Made by a program: the position numbers and the translations under genes
In this document: positions 46,899-56,082 of the stretch, one piece after another
How the letters are laid out: each line of letters starts with the position of its first letter
Position numbering within the stretch: the first letter of the stretch is position 1
Notes under the pieces: model-generated
Databases searched by the model: none
What the model was told of the DNA's origin: nothing
The model's input: only the letters and a program-made list of their open reading frames with translations
NCBI GenBank assembly: GCA_035627515.1
Contig: DASPLQ010000012.1
Location: 455,269-519,268, forward strand
DNA from: Vitreimonas sp.
GTDB taxonomy: Bacteria; Patescibacteriota; Microgenomatia; UBA1400; PJMF01
Length of the DNA: 64,000 bases
Reading direction: 5' to 3'

Positions 46899-48578
46899 TT
46901 ATTCGCAAGAAATTTCCTGAGCTTCTTCAATCTGTTGAGCCAACCAGAAACTCCACGCACCAGCTAGGATGAAGAAGAATCCCCCGACCAACAATGCTAA
47001 GGTTGTTTCAGTAGAACCTGAGACCGGAATGGCACTCTTCGTAGAAGGAATACTCGTTCGGCCGGAACTAGTAGCAGTGCTCGATTTAGTAGCCGTTTGG
47101 GTACTCTTAGTAGCCGTGCCGCCGATGGGGAAAGGATTACCAGAACCAAAAGGTGAAGGGCTGGGCGAAGGTGAAGCTTTAGCACTACTCGTCGAGGTTT
47201 TAGTGGTGCCACCAGTGCCAGGGGTACTAGCTTGAGCTAAGGTCGTTTTTGGTTGCACTGTGAAGGTTTGAGTCTTAGTCACTTCTTTACCTGTGGCAGG
47301 ATCGGTATACGAATAGGTGACAGTATGTTCACCAGGCTCTAACTGTTGAGAAAGAGTGGCGATATCAAGAGAGAAGCCACCGTTACCATCGGCCACCAGT
47401 TCTTCATAAATTTGGGTTTCAGAATGAACTTCAATTTTGACACGGACACCAGGGGCAGCTTTACCAGTGATCACTGGAGTGGTGGTGGTTACGATTTGCT
47501 CAGTGGTTTTTTGCAAGTCCACTACGGTAGCAGTAGTAGTAGAAGCAGAAGCCGAACTACTCGTACTGACTGTGGCACTGCCGCTACTGACACGAGTGAC
47601 AGTTGAACTGCCACTAGAAACTGCAGTAGTTGCAGCGGCACCGCTGGCATTGGCTAAATCAGACAAACCGCCACCTTGAGTACTGACAATGGGACTAGGT
47701 GAGGGCAAGATGGCTGGCTCGGCGCTAGCCATGGGCGTAGTACCCGTTGGCGTACCATTCGCTGTGGTCATGGTATTAATAGGGGCAGCGGGAGCAACAG
47801 TGATAGCTTGACCAAAGGTGATGTTAGGGACAGGTTGAGCTTGAGCCACGGTCGTGTTTAATTGAGAGGTTTGGGTGGTTGAGGGGCCTTGGACAGTAAT
47901 ATTCAGATTATCAGTATCGGTGACTGTAGCGTAGCCCGAACCATCAGCTAAGCGAGCATTTGACAACGGCACGGCCCAACTACATGAAGATTTGACGAGT
48001 GAAGACATCTCGCCCATACTCGGCATCGAAACATACACCACGCTGCCTTCAGCCGGGGTGCCAGCTTCAGTGTTGACACAACCATACACTGTTTTAGCCG
48101 CGGAAGGTGTGCCACTGCGCTTGGCAGTCGTGATGGTAAACGGAGCGCCATTATTATCAAATGTCGCACCGGAACCGGTGCCTAAAGTGTAGTAGTAAGT
48201 GACACCAGGCTCCAGACCGCGGACGGTAACGTGATGAAGGGGATAGCTGCCCACATTACCGGAGAGTTGATCACGATCGTCGCTAGCTTGGGATTTAAGA
48301 CTCTTACTGTCTTTACCATATTTAATAAAACCCGCTGTACTCTCATCGGTTAAAAATGAAACAGTAAAACTGGTATCAGATACATTGGAAACGCGAATAT
48401 TTTTAGGTGTAGTCTGTGGGGTAGCTCGAGGGGAAAAATTTAAGCCATTGCCACTACTAAAGAAAACCAAACCAGCGCCGAGGGCGACCACTAACACAAA
48501 CAACCCCAGCAGGGTAGGAATTTGCTTTTGCAAAAACGACTTTTGAGTAGGCAGCGTCGGCATAAAAAACACAGGCAT
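46899..48578 (-). CDS. Surface protein with FN3-like and Ig-like domains, Ser/Thr linkers, C-terminal IPVSG + TM
   Basis: NIRVSNVSDTSFTVSF..H.VTVRGLEPGVTYYY (FN3-like); TPVITGKA.PG..V (Ig-like). Start uncertain (48578 or 48563). Confidence 0.8.
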   Translation of the reverse strand: MPVFFMPTLPTQKSFLQKQIPTLLGLFVLVVALGAGLVFFSSGNGLNFSPRATPQTTPKNIRVSNVSDTSFTVSFLTDESTAGFIKYGKDSKSLKSQASDDRDQLSGNVGSYPLHHVTVRGLEPGVTYYYTLGTGSGATFDNNGAPFTITTAKRSGTPSAAKTVYGCVNTEAGTPAEGSVVYVSMPSMGEMSSLVKSSCSWAVPLSNARLADGSGYATVTDTDNLNITVQGPSTTQTSQLNTTVAQAQPVPNITFGQAITVAPAAPINTMTTANGTPTGTTPMASAEPAILPSPSPIVSTQGGGLSDLANASGAAATTAVSSGSSTVTRVSSGSATVSTSSSASASTTTATVVDLQKTTEQIVTTTTPVITGKAAPGVRVKIEVHSETQIYEELVADGNGGFSLDIATLSQQLEPGEHTVTYSYTDPATGKEVTKTQTFTVQPKTTLAQASTPGTGGTTKTSTSSAKASPSPSPSPFGSGNPFPIGGTATKSTQTATKSSTATSSGRTSIPSTKSAIPVSGSTETTLALLVGGFFFILAGAWSFWLAQQIEEAQEISCE

Positions 48579-48681
48579 CAAAATATGCCTTCACTAACTC
48601 TAGAGAAATTATTGAGTGCGCGCAACGCGAAAATTTACCGAAAGCCAAATAAAACCTGATATATAAAACCATTCACCGGAT

Positions 48682-49092
48682 TTAAATTTGAATGATTCCT
48701 TCTGAACCACTCACCGGTGATGGTGACGGGGAGGGACTAGGGCGGACGGTAGAAGGTGAGGCTGGTTGGCTTAAAATTACATCTGCCTCTTGGAGGGTAG
48801 TGACGCGGGCATCCCCTTCTTTAGTAATAATTAAAGTATAAATGGGAAAGCGAGCCAACTCTTGAGCAGTGTAAACGCGTTTTTGTTCGAGTCGGTCCAG
48901 GACTTGGCGATTAATAGTCGGCGTCAAAGGTTTGGCCAGCAAGAGCAGCTGTGGCGAAATTTTAGTTTTATTTTGTGAGCTCAGCAAACTGATTACCACC
49001 CACACTAAAATGGTCGCAAAAGTAAACAACATTAAGTAAAGTAAATGTTGTTTGCGTCGCAGGCCGGTAAGTTGAGTTTGTAAGAGGTTCAT
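48682..49092 (-). CDS. Membrane-anchored protein downstream of pilO
   Basis: N-terminal TM; ATGA overlap with pilO. Confidence 0.65.
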   Translation of the reverse strand: MNLLQTQLTGLRRKQHLLYLMLFTFATILVWVVISLLSSQNKTKISPQLLLLAKPLTPTINRQVLDRLEQKRVYTAQELARFPIYTLIITKEGDARVTTLQEADVILSQPASPSTVRPSPSPSPSPVSGSEGIIQI

Positions 49093-49718
49093 GATTCAGC
49101 TCCAGCTTTTTCACCAAAATACGGCACACCAATGGTAATGATGGCATTCAGTTTTTTCACCCCCCGTTCCTCACCCGTCGAGAATACGATACTTTCAACC
49201 AGGAAAGCCCGGCGGGAGTTTTTAATATCATCGAGAAAAGCCTTAATCAATGGATAATCACCAGTCACTATAACTTTGAGAGCTAAGTTTTGTCGGTTGA
49301 GCGTGTCGCCTTGGGGGACAAAAGGAGTTTCAGGGGGAATTTCACTGACACTCAGATTAACGATCACTAATCGCCGATCACTAGCCAGTTTTTCCACAAT
49401 TTTAATGACTTCGACTAAGTTGGGCTGAGACGGAATGGCTTCATCTAAGACAGCTAAGCGTGATTGTAATCCCAAGTACTCTTCTTGAGCTGATTGGAGA
49501 GCGGCATATTTTTGGGCTAATTTTTGATCGAGCTCCCGCTTATCATTAATTTCTTTGATCAGATCAGACATGGTCAACAACGTGGGGCGAATCGCGAACA
49601 AGGCAAAGAAAATAATGGCACCGATCGATAAGAATAGCTCCAAAGATACCTGGGCTACTGGCCGTTGGTAAAACTGGGTGAGGGCGGTGGTGAGCTGCTT
49701 ACGATTGAGTGATTGCAT
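49089..49718 (-). CDS. pilO: Type IV pilus assembly protein PilO-like
   Basis: TM, coiled coil, AIPSQPNL, GDYPLIKAFLDDI..SRR. Confidence 0.7.
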   Translation of the reverse strand: MQSLNRKQLTTALTQFYQRPVAQVSLELFLSIGAIIFFALFAIRPTLLTMSDLIKEINDKRELDQKLAQKYAALQSAQEEYLGLQSRLAVLDEAIPSQPNLVEVIKIVEKLASDRRLVIVNLSVSEIPPETPFVPQGDTLNRQNLALKVIVTGDYPLIKAFLDDIKNSRRAFLVESIVFSTGEERGVKKLNAIITIGVPYFGEKAGAES

Positions 49719-49721
49719 AGC

Positions 49722-50345
49722 TTATAAGCCCTGAGTCCGATCTAAAATACTGCCATTCTCGGTAGTTCCAGTTTGATTTTTAATAGTTTGCACTTGTTTA
49801 GTATCAAACCGAATTCGGAACATGAAACCAGCTTCACTATCATCATTAGTGTTAGCTTCAATCCGATCGACCGTCACATTTAAAAATTCTTTACTAAGTT
49901 GCAAGTTGCTGATTAATAAATTGAGAGAACTTTGGGAAAGGGTGGTGCCTTCCAAACTGACCGAAGTGGGGTTAATCAGCAATTGATCGAGGCGAACATC
50001 TCGGGGTGTGATGGCACTGAGTTTAGGAAAAATGTCAGATAAATTACCTTGTTGTTCGATTTGTTGATACTGATCAATTTTTTGTTGGGCCAGGCGAACC
50101 TTTTGTTCCAGGTCGCCATACGAAGTAATTTGAGTTTCTTTTTGTAACAAGGCAGTATTGAGATTAGTCAGTTGGCGATCGAGGTAAAACCGTGACCCAA
50201 AACTGGTGATGACGACGAGCTCAGTGAAAATCACGATATAGCGGCCCACTGATAACGCCCAGCGCAACACCTTACCGAGAGGCGTCTCGAAAAATGGATC
50301 TTTGGGCACCAGGTTGATCCGGAGCGGGGCAGCTTTCTTGGACAT
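49722..50345 (-). CDS. pilN: Type IV pilus assembly protein PilN-like
   Basis: INLVP N-terminal motif, TM, LSAITPRDV.L, SLEG. Confidence 0.75.
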   Translation of the reverse strand: MSKKAAPLRINLVPKDPFFETPLGKVLRWALSVGRYIVIFTELVVITSFGSRFYLDRQLTNLNTALLQKETQITSYGDLEQKVRLAQQKIDQYQQIEQQGNLSDIFPKLSAITPRDVRLDQLLINPTSVSLEGTTLSQSSLNLLISNLQLSKEFLNVTVDRIEANTNDDSEAGFMFRIRFDTKQVQTIKNQTGTTENGSILDRTQGL

Positions 50346-50374
50346 ACGCTTTTATCATTGTAGCAGGTTGGGAA

Positions 50375-50406
50375 TGAGTAATTAAGTAACTGAGTAATTA
50401 AGGAAC
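50375..50406. repeat. 8-bp periodic repeat array (x4)
   Basis: tgagtaat taagtaac tgagtaat taaggaac. Confidence 0.8.
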
Positions 50407-52104
50407 TTAGGCGCCCAGTTCGCTTTGAGCTGGAGCTTCAGATAAAACCTCGGGGGTTTTGGCCAAGGTTTTTTGCCAGGGGCCAAAGGAAGTAACGAGT
50501 TGAGTAAAGTATGTCAGCTCTTTGATATCAAATAGCGCGGCAAAATAAATATAGACGAGCACCCCAATCGTACTGGTGGTCACGGTCAGGACAATTAACT
50601 CAATTGTGCGGGAAGTTTCAAAAACTAACTCATCTAAGATTCTGAATGGTAAGTATAAAAAGACGGCCATCAAGAAACTAGCCGCGGTCATTTTAATTTG
50701 TGGCACCCAAAAACCTTTTTGATTAAAGCCTTTGACCTTGTAATCTAACAATAACAACAACACTAAAAACTCAAGCAAAGCACTAATAGTAATGGCTAAA
50801 CCAATACCCAGAATCCCGAGTTTTAAGCCAAAGACGAAGATGCTGCACAAGCCTAAGTAAACGATCACATCAAGGAGAGAGACAATGAGTGGAGTTTTGG
50901 TGTCTTTGAGGGCATAGAAAGCCCGGACGACTAACGGGGCCATGGCTTGGACACCAATCGAGATGGCTAACACAGCCACTAAGCGGCCCACGGTGAGAGT
51001 ATTTTGCCAAGTAAACTCGTCAGTCCCAAACGCCAACCGCACCAGTGGTACGCGCAACACTAATAACAATACGGAAGCAGGGAAGCTGAAAAAGGCAATT
51101 TGGTGCAGCGACTGCAGCACTAATTGACGAAAAACTTGGCGATCTTTTTCCTCGGCTTCATCGGAGAGGAAAGGTAAGGCAGCTTGGCCAATGGGAACGC
51201 CAAAAAATCTAATCGGTGTCACAATCAGCATTAAGGCCATTTGAATTAAGCCATAGGTTAAGTTGCCCGCCACCGAAGTGGCGAAGAAACCTAAGAATAA
51301 CTTTCTGATTTCATTAGCACCGATAGCCAGCGCACGTGGTGGCATCAGCTGGAAAAACTCTTTCACACCCGGCAAACCCATATTGAGCGTAAATTTGTAC
51401 CGATACCCAAGTTTAAGCACTGAGGGGACTTGGACAATCATGTGCAAGAATGCCCCAATGATAGTTCCTACTCCGGCAGCATACACACCAATCATCGGAC
51501 TAAAAGCCAACACCCCGATCAAAATTCCGACATTATATAAAACAGGTGAGAGACTGGAGACTATAAAGCGTTGGTACGACTGCAATATTCCCGACATGAA
51601 GCTAGAAATGGCAAAAAAGAACTGAGACAGCAACATGATGCGCGTCAGGTTGGTCACCACCTCGATTTGCTCTGGGGTGAACTCATGTCCAGTGCGCCAG
51701 CGAGTGATGGGCTCAGCAAATATAAAAACTGGGACAGCTACAATCACAAACGTGAGGAGTAACACATTCATCATGATCGAGCTCATCCGAAAAGCTGTTT
51801 GTTCGTCTTCTTTTTTGTATTTAGAAAAAATCGGGATAAAAGCTGCCGACAGTGCTCCTAAGATCAGGAGTTGAAACATCGTGTCGGGAATTTGAAAACT
51901 AACCCAGAGCGCATTAAGCAGTTTCTCGGAGCGTTCGGTGCCATCGAGGAAAACAGAGTTAAAGACCCATTGTTTGGCAAAGCCAGCCGTTGCCGACAAG
52001 ACATTAGAAACCATGATCACGGCCGCAGCGGACAAAATAGTGTTTTGTTGCTTTTCAATCCAGGCCATGTTTTTGCCAAACAGTTGAGGAAGATGGAAAA
52101 TCAT
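50407..52104 (-). CDS. murJ: Lipid II flippase MurJ
   Basis: FQIPD, GALSAAFIPIF, RAFYALKDTKTP; about 14 TM. Confidence 0.9.
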   Translation of the reverse strand: MIFHLPQLFGKNMAWIEKQQNTILSAAAVIMVSNVLSATAGFAKQWVFNSVFLDGTERSEKLLNALWVSFQIPDTMFQLLILGALSAAFIPIFSKYKKEDEQTAFRMSSIMMNVLLLTFVIVAVPVFIFAEPITRWRTGHEFTPEQIEVVTNLTRIMLLSQFFFAISSFMSGILQSYQRFIVSSLSPVLYNVGILIGVLAFSPMIGVYAAGVGTIIGAFLHMIVQVPSVLKLGYRYKFTLNMGLPGVKEFFQLMPPRALAIGANEIRKLFLGFFATSVAGNLTYGLIQMALMLIVTPIRFFGVPIGQAALPFLSDEAEEKDRQVFRQLVLQSLHQIAFFSFPASVLLLVLRVPLVRLAFGTDEFTWQNTLTVGRLVAVLAISIGVQAMAPLVVRAFYALKDTKTPLIVSLLDVIVYLGLCSIFVFGLKLGILGIGLAITISALLEFLVLLLLLDYKVKGFNQKGFWVPQIKMTAASFLMAVFLYLPFRILDELVFETSRTIELIVLTVTTSTIGVLVYIYFAALFDIKELTYFTQLVTSFGPWQKTLAKTPEVLSEAPAQSELGA

Positions 52105-52147
52105 AAGGGTGTTTTATTATCACGTATTATAGTTGCCAGCTCTCCAG

Positions 52148-52176
52148 TTGAAAATCAGGCAGTTGTCTAGTACAAT
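52148..52176 (+). promoter_or_regulatory. Sigma70 promoter of rpsT
   Basis: TTGAAA-17 nt-TACAAT, 8 nt before ATG. Confidence 0.7.
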
Positions 52177-52184
52177 CTCAGCCT

Positions 52185-52418
52185 ATGCCAATTTTGAGTA
52201 ATGCCAAGAAAGCCTTACGCAGTAGCGAACGCAAAGCTGCCGTGAATCGCGTGGTCAAATCTAAATTAAAAACTGCGTTAGACAAAGTTAAAGCCGCTCC
52301 TACCGCTGATACGCTCAGCACTGCTTTCTCTGCACTTGATAAAGCCGTCCGTCGCCATATGTTGCACCGCAACAAAGCTGCTCGGCTCAAGAGTCAAGTC
52401 AGTAAGCTGGTTAAATAA
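52185..52418 (+). CDS. rpsT: 30S ribosomal protein S20
   Basis: AKKALR.S, LDKA....LHRNKAARLKS. Confidence 0.95.
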   Translation: MPILSNAKKALRSSERKAAVNRVVKSKLKTALDKVKAAPTADTLSTAFSALDKAVRRHMLHRNKAARLKSQVSKLVK

Positions 52419-52701
52419 GCTTTTTTTCTGTTTGATTGGGTGAAGTAAGGCCTTTAAGTAAAGGTTTTAATTACTGCGGCATCTGACTTTAGAGCCGGCA
52501 TTTAATTTTGGCTGTGTCCGGCGGAATTCATTTTTAAATTGTTTTCTTTCCCTATATCTTTCCAACCCCTTCACTTTTCGTATAGCCCAAAGTGTGCCTA
52601 AAAAAGCACTAAAGTGACACCAAACTGTACCCACGAAAAAAATGAGTGTTAAGAGAAGGTATCGGGATGAACCCTACTTCCATAAAGTGGAAAATTTTAT
52701 A

Positions 52702-53055
52702 GCTTGTATGAATATTGGCAAAAATCATACAACCTTCATAAACCTCTTTTTTATTCATTGTGCGGATATTAACAAAAATCGCACAACGTAGAAAAAGCTA
52801 CCATTTTGAACAACTACTGCCAAATAAAAAGATAAGGTTCTTTTTTCACGCCCATTAAAAAAACCTTCTTAAAGGCCGTTCAACTATCAGCCTTTAACCC
52901 TTACTTCAGAAGTTCGCCTGGTGACACGTCATTACAGTCAAAACGTACATTTCGTACACAATGTACACAGTCCAGGCGAACTTTTGCAGCACCATCACCA
53001 GCCACGATAAAGTACCTCTCTCTTGCTTGTGCCATTATTAACAAAAACCGCACAA
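52702..53055 (+). repeat. Modular non-coding palindromic repeat, copy 2 (C 52704-52732, B 52758-52786, A 52910-52983, B 53027-53055)
   Basis: Inverted relative to copy 1; 52910-53055 aligns directly to 58871-59007. Confidence 0.9.
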
Positions 53056-53118
53056 TCAAAAAAAACCATCTTATTGGAGGTCTGTCTAAGGTATCAAAAC
53101 ATTAGATCAGACAAAACG

Positions 53119-53142
53119 TCTCAACACTCGTTGGGATTTTTT
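53119..53142 (+). terminator. Intrinsic terminator after repeat copy 2, before the lepA promoter
   Basis: TCTCAAC-actc-GTTGGGA-TTTTTT. Confidence 0.6.
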
Positions 53143-53227
53143 GTTTCAGTGCCACGTTATTGCCATCATCTTCACTAGCTTTAAACCCACCAAGCAATCT
53201 GATTCAACTTGAGGTAGAATAACCTTC

Positions 53228-55069
53228 ATGCCTGAAACAACCCTGGCCTCTCAGACGGCCAGTCCCATCTATCAACAAAAACTGCGCAACTTCTCAATCA
53301 TTGCTCATATCGATCATGGCAAAACGACCTTAACTGATCGCTTTTTGAAAATGACCAACACTGTCAGTGATCTGGATTTTCAAGAGCGAATGATGGATAG
53401 TAACCCCATTGAGCGTGAGCGCGGTATTACCATTAAGCTAGCGCCTGTGCGGATGGAATGGCGCCCTCCGGGCGCCCCCGCTGACCAACCACCCTACATT
53501 CTTAATCTTATCGACACTCCAGGTCATGTAGATTTCGGTTACGAAGTCAGTCGTTCTCTCGCAGCCTGTGAAGGTGTTCTGCTCGTTATTGATGCTACGC
53601 AGGGTGTCCAAGCTCAAACACTTTCTAATTATCAGAAAGCTCTTGATCTAGGGCTAACAGTCATTCCAGTCGTCAATAAAATTGATTTGCCCTCAGCTGA
53701 TCGGGAAATGGTTAAGCTGGAGTGTATGGAAACATTTGGCGTGGATGAGCATGACATTATCGAAGTCTCTGCTAAAACCGGTCTCAACATGGATTTGTTA
53801 CTCCAAGCCGTAGTAGAGCGTATCCCGGCTCCCACCGGTTTGCCTCAAGCCCCATTACGATCTTTAATCGTTACCTCACACTTCGATCAACACCGTGGAG
53901 CAATTGCTTTAGTGCGAGTGATGGATGGCATTCTGACTAGAGGAAAACTGCACTTTATGGCTTCTAAAACAGACTTTTCACCAATCGAAGTCGGTTTTTT
54001 CACGCCCAAGATGGTCAAGACTGATCAGTTAGTGGCGGGGGAAGTAGGATATGTGGCAACTGGTTTGAAAGACATTAAAATGCTCAAGGTAGGAGATACC
54101 ATCACTACCGTCGATAACAAGACTACCGTGCAGCCGCTGCCTGGTTACCGTGAGCCAACCCCGATGGTGTACATGGAGCTGTATCCGGTGGATGGCGATG
54201 ACTTCACTTTATTGCAAGATGCGGTATCTAAATTATCGCTTCATGATGCTGCCCTCCAATTTGGCGGGACACATTCTCAGGCTTTGGGGAATGGCTTACG
54301 GGTGGGCTTTTTGGGAATTTTACATGCAGAAATTGTGTTGGAGCGGTTGCGCCAAGAGTTTGACCTCGACTTAATTGCGACTGCGCCTACTGTTACCTAT
54401 GAACTAGTGCTCACCAATGGGCAAAGAATTACTATTCATACACCGGGAGAAATGCCTGACCCCAGTCAAATTAAAGAAATCCATGAACCGATGACCAAAG
54501 CCATGGTGTTTTGTCCAGAGCGATTCATGGGTCAAGTGATTAAACTCTGTCGCGAGCGGCGGGGCGAGTTACTCAACTCCACCTTTATTGGTACCCGGGT
54601 CAAAGGCGAGTTTGAGATTCCCTTAGCTGAAATCATTACCGACTTTCATGATACGTTGAAGTCACTGACCTCAGGGTTTGCTTCTTTGGAGTATGAATTA
54701 ACTGGTTATAAGATGGTGGATGCAGTCAAGGTCACAGTTTTACTCAATCATGAGCCAGTGGAAGCTCTCAGTTTCATCACTGTCAAAGGTGATGCCGAGT
54801 TCCGCGGTCGCCAACTGGCCGCCAAGCTCAAAGAGGTCATTCCTCGGCAACAGTTTGAAGTGCCGATTCAAGCCGCCATTGGTGGCACGGTTATTGCCCG
54901 CGAGACGCTTAAAGCCTTCCGCAAAGACGTGACCGCTCATCTCTACGGAGGTGACGTGACCCGTCGTCAGAAATTGCTCAAGAAACAAGCTAAAGGCAAA
55001 AAGAAGATGAAACAGATTGGAAAAGTGGAGCTCAATCAGGAAGCATTTTTAGCAGTGCTGAAGAGATAA
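53228..55069 (+). CDS. lepA: Elongation factor 4 (LepA)
   Basis: RNFSIIAHIDHGKTTL, ERERGITIK, DTPGHVDF, LYGGDVTR. Confidence 0.97.
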   Translation: MPETTLASQTASPIYQQKLRNFSIIAHIDHGKTTLTDRFLKMTNTVSDLDFQERMMDSNPIERERGITIKLAPVRMEWRPPGAPADQPPYILNLIDTPGHVDFGYEVSRSLAACEGVLLVIDATQGVQAQTLSNYQKALDLGLTVIPVVNKIDLPSADREMVKLECMETFGVDEHDIIEVSAKTGLNMDLLLQAVVERIPAPTGLPQAPLRSLIVTSHFDQHRGAIALVRVMDGILTRGKLHFMASKTDFSPIEVGFFTPKMVKTDQLVAGEVGYVATGLKDIKMLKVGDTITTVDNKTTVQPLPGYREPTPMVYMELYPVDGDDFTLLQDAVSKLSLHDAALQFGGTHSQALGNGLRVGFLGILHAEIVLERLRQEFDLDLIATAPTVTYELVLTNGQRITIHTPGEMPDPSQIKEIHEPMTKAMVFCPERFMGQVIKLCRERRGELLNSTFIGTRVKGEFEIPLAEIITDFHDTLKSLTSGFASLEYELTGYKMVDAVKVTVLLNHEPVEALSFITVKGDAEFRGRQLAAKLKEVIPRQQFEVPIQAAIGGTVIARETLKAFRKDVTAHLYGGDVTRRQKLLKKQAKGKKKMKQIGKVELNQEAFLAVLKR

Positions 55070-55090
55070 TCAGGCTGTTATAATACTCAT

Positions 55091-55777
55091 ATGCCCGATA
55101 TCTTTGATGCATCGCGACGCAATCGGGGTGATGACACCCCCAAGAAACATAATCCTCATCATGGACCGGCTCGGGATGTGGATGAGTATTCCCAGGTCAT
55201 GAAGGATGAAACTCCCTCCAGTAATCCTTTTCATGCTTTTGCTCCCAAACCTGAACAAATCTTTTTTGATTCCCAGTTAAAAGGTGAGCGTGTGATTTTA
55301 CTATTACGCCAACACCCTATTACTCAACTGCCTTGGGTGTTGACCGCGGTGGGTTTGGCTTTGGTGCCGATCTTATTTAATGTTTTTCCGTTTTTAGAAT
55401 TATTACCCGCTCGTTATCAGTTTGCAGGGTTGCTGGGATGGTACGCCTTAGTTTTTAGCTTTATCTTAGAATCATTTTTGATGTGGTTTTTCAATGTTTA
55501 CCTGATCACAGATGAACGGATCATCGACGTTGATTTTTATTCTTTAATTTACAAGAACATCTCTGCCGCTAAACTCGATAACATTGAAGACGTCTCGGCT
55601 GCGACGGTAGGCGCCGTGGGTTCAATTTTTAACTATGGCACTATCCGCATTCAAACCGCTGGTACCAATACTGAGTTTGAGTTTGCTAACGTTCCTCAAC
55701 CTGCCAAGGTGACGACCTTGCTCAATGAGTTGTTAGTAGAGGAAGAACAAGAAAAATTAGATGGAAGAGTAAATTAA
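55091..55777 (+). CDS. Bacterial PH-domain membrane protein
   Basis: 2 TM, ITDERIID, IEDV, FNYGTIRIQTAG. Confidence 0.8.
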   Translation: MPDIFDASRRNRGDDTPKKHNPHHGPARDVDEYSQVMKDETPSSNPFHAFAPKPEQIFFDSQLKGERVILLLRQHPITQLPWVLTAVGLALVPILFNVFPFLELLPARYQFAGLLGWYALVFSFILESFLMWFFNVYLITDERIIDVDFYSLIYKNISAAKLDNIEDVSAATVGAVGSIFNYGTIRIQTAGTNTEFEFANVPQPAKVTTLLNELLVEEEQEKLDGRVN

Positions 55778-56050
55778 ATGAGTATTCTCACCACCTTACT
55801 ACAGACAAACTTTGGCTTGGTTTCACCGCCCTTATTGAATACTGAGGCAGCAGGTGTGGCTTTGGGTGTGATTAAGTTAATGTTTATTGTGGCGGGGTTG
55901 TTATACGTCACCTTTGCGGTGATCGTCACCCGCCAAGTCCACGTCATGAAAAATACCTTGATGACCACCTTCTCACCCATGGTGCAGTTGTTGGGTTATA
56001 TTCATTTAGTGGTCGCTATCTTAGTGTTAGTCTTCTTTTTAGGCTTATAG
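55778..56050 (+). CDS. Small membrane protein (DUF5657-like)
   Basis: LYVTFAVIVTRQV..M..TL, 2 TM. Confidence 0.6.
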   Translation: MSILTTLLQTNFGLVSPPLLNTEAAGVALGVIKLMFIVAGLLYVTFAVIVTRQVHVMKNTLMTTFSPMVQLLGYIHLVVAILVLVFFLGL

Positions 56051-56082
56051 ATCCAGATCACATTTTCTGTTAGAATAGTTTG

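Noticed and set aside
52702-53055. 29-bp palindromes as a CRISPR array
   Set aside because: Spacing is irregular, the linkers are homologous between loci rather than unique spacers, and no cas genes are present
52419-53227. Replication origin in the long AT-rich gap
   Set aside because: No clustered TTATCCACA-type DnaA boxes seen and no dnaA nearby
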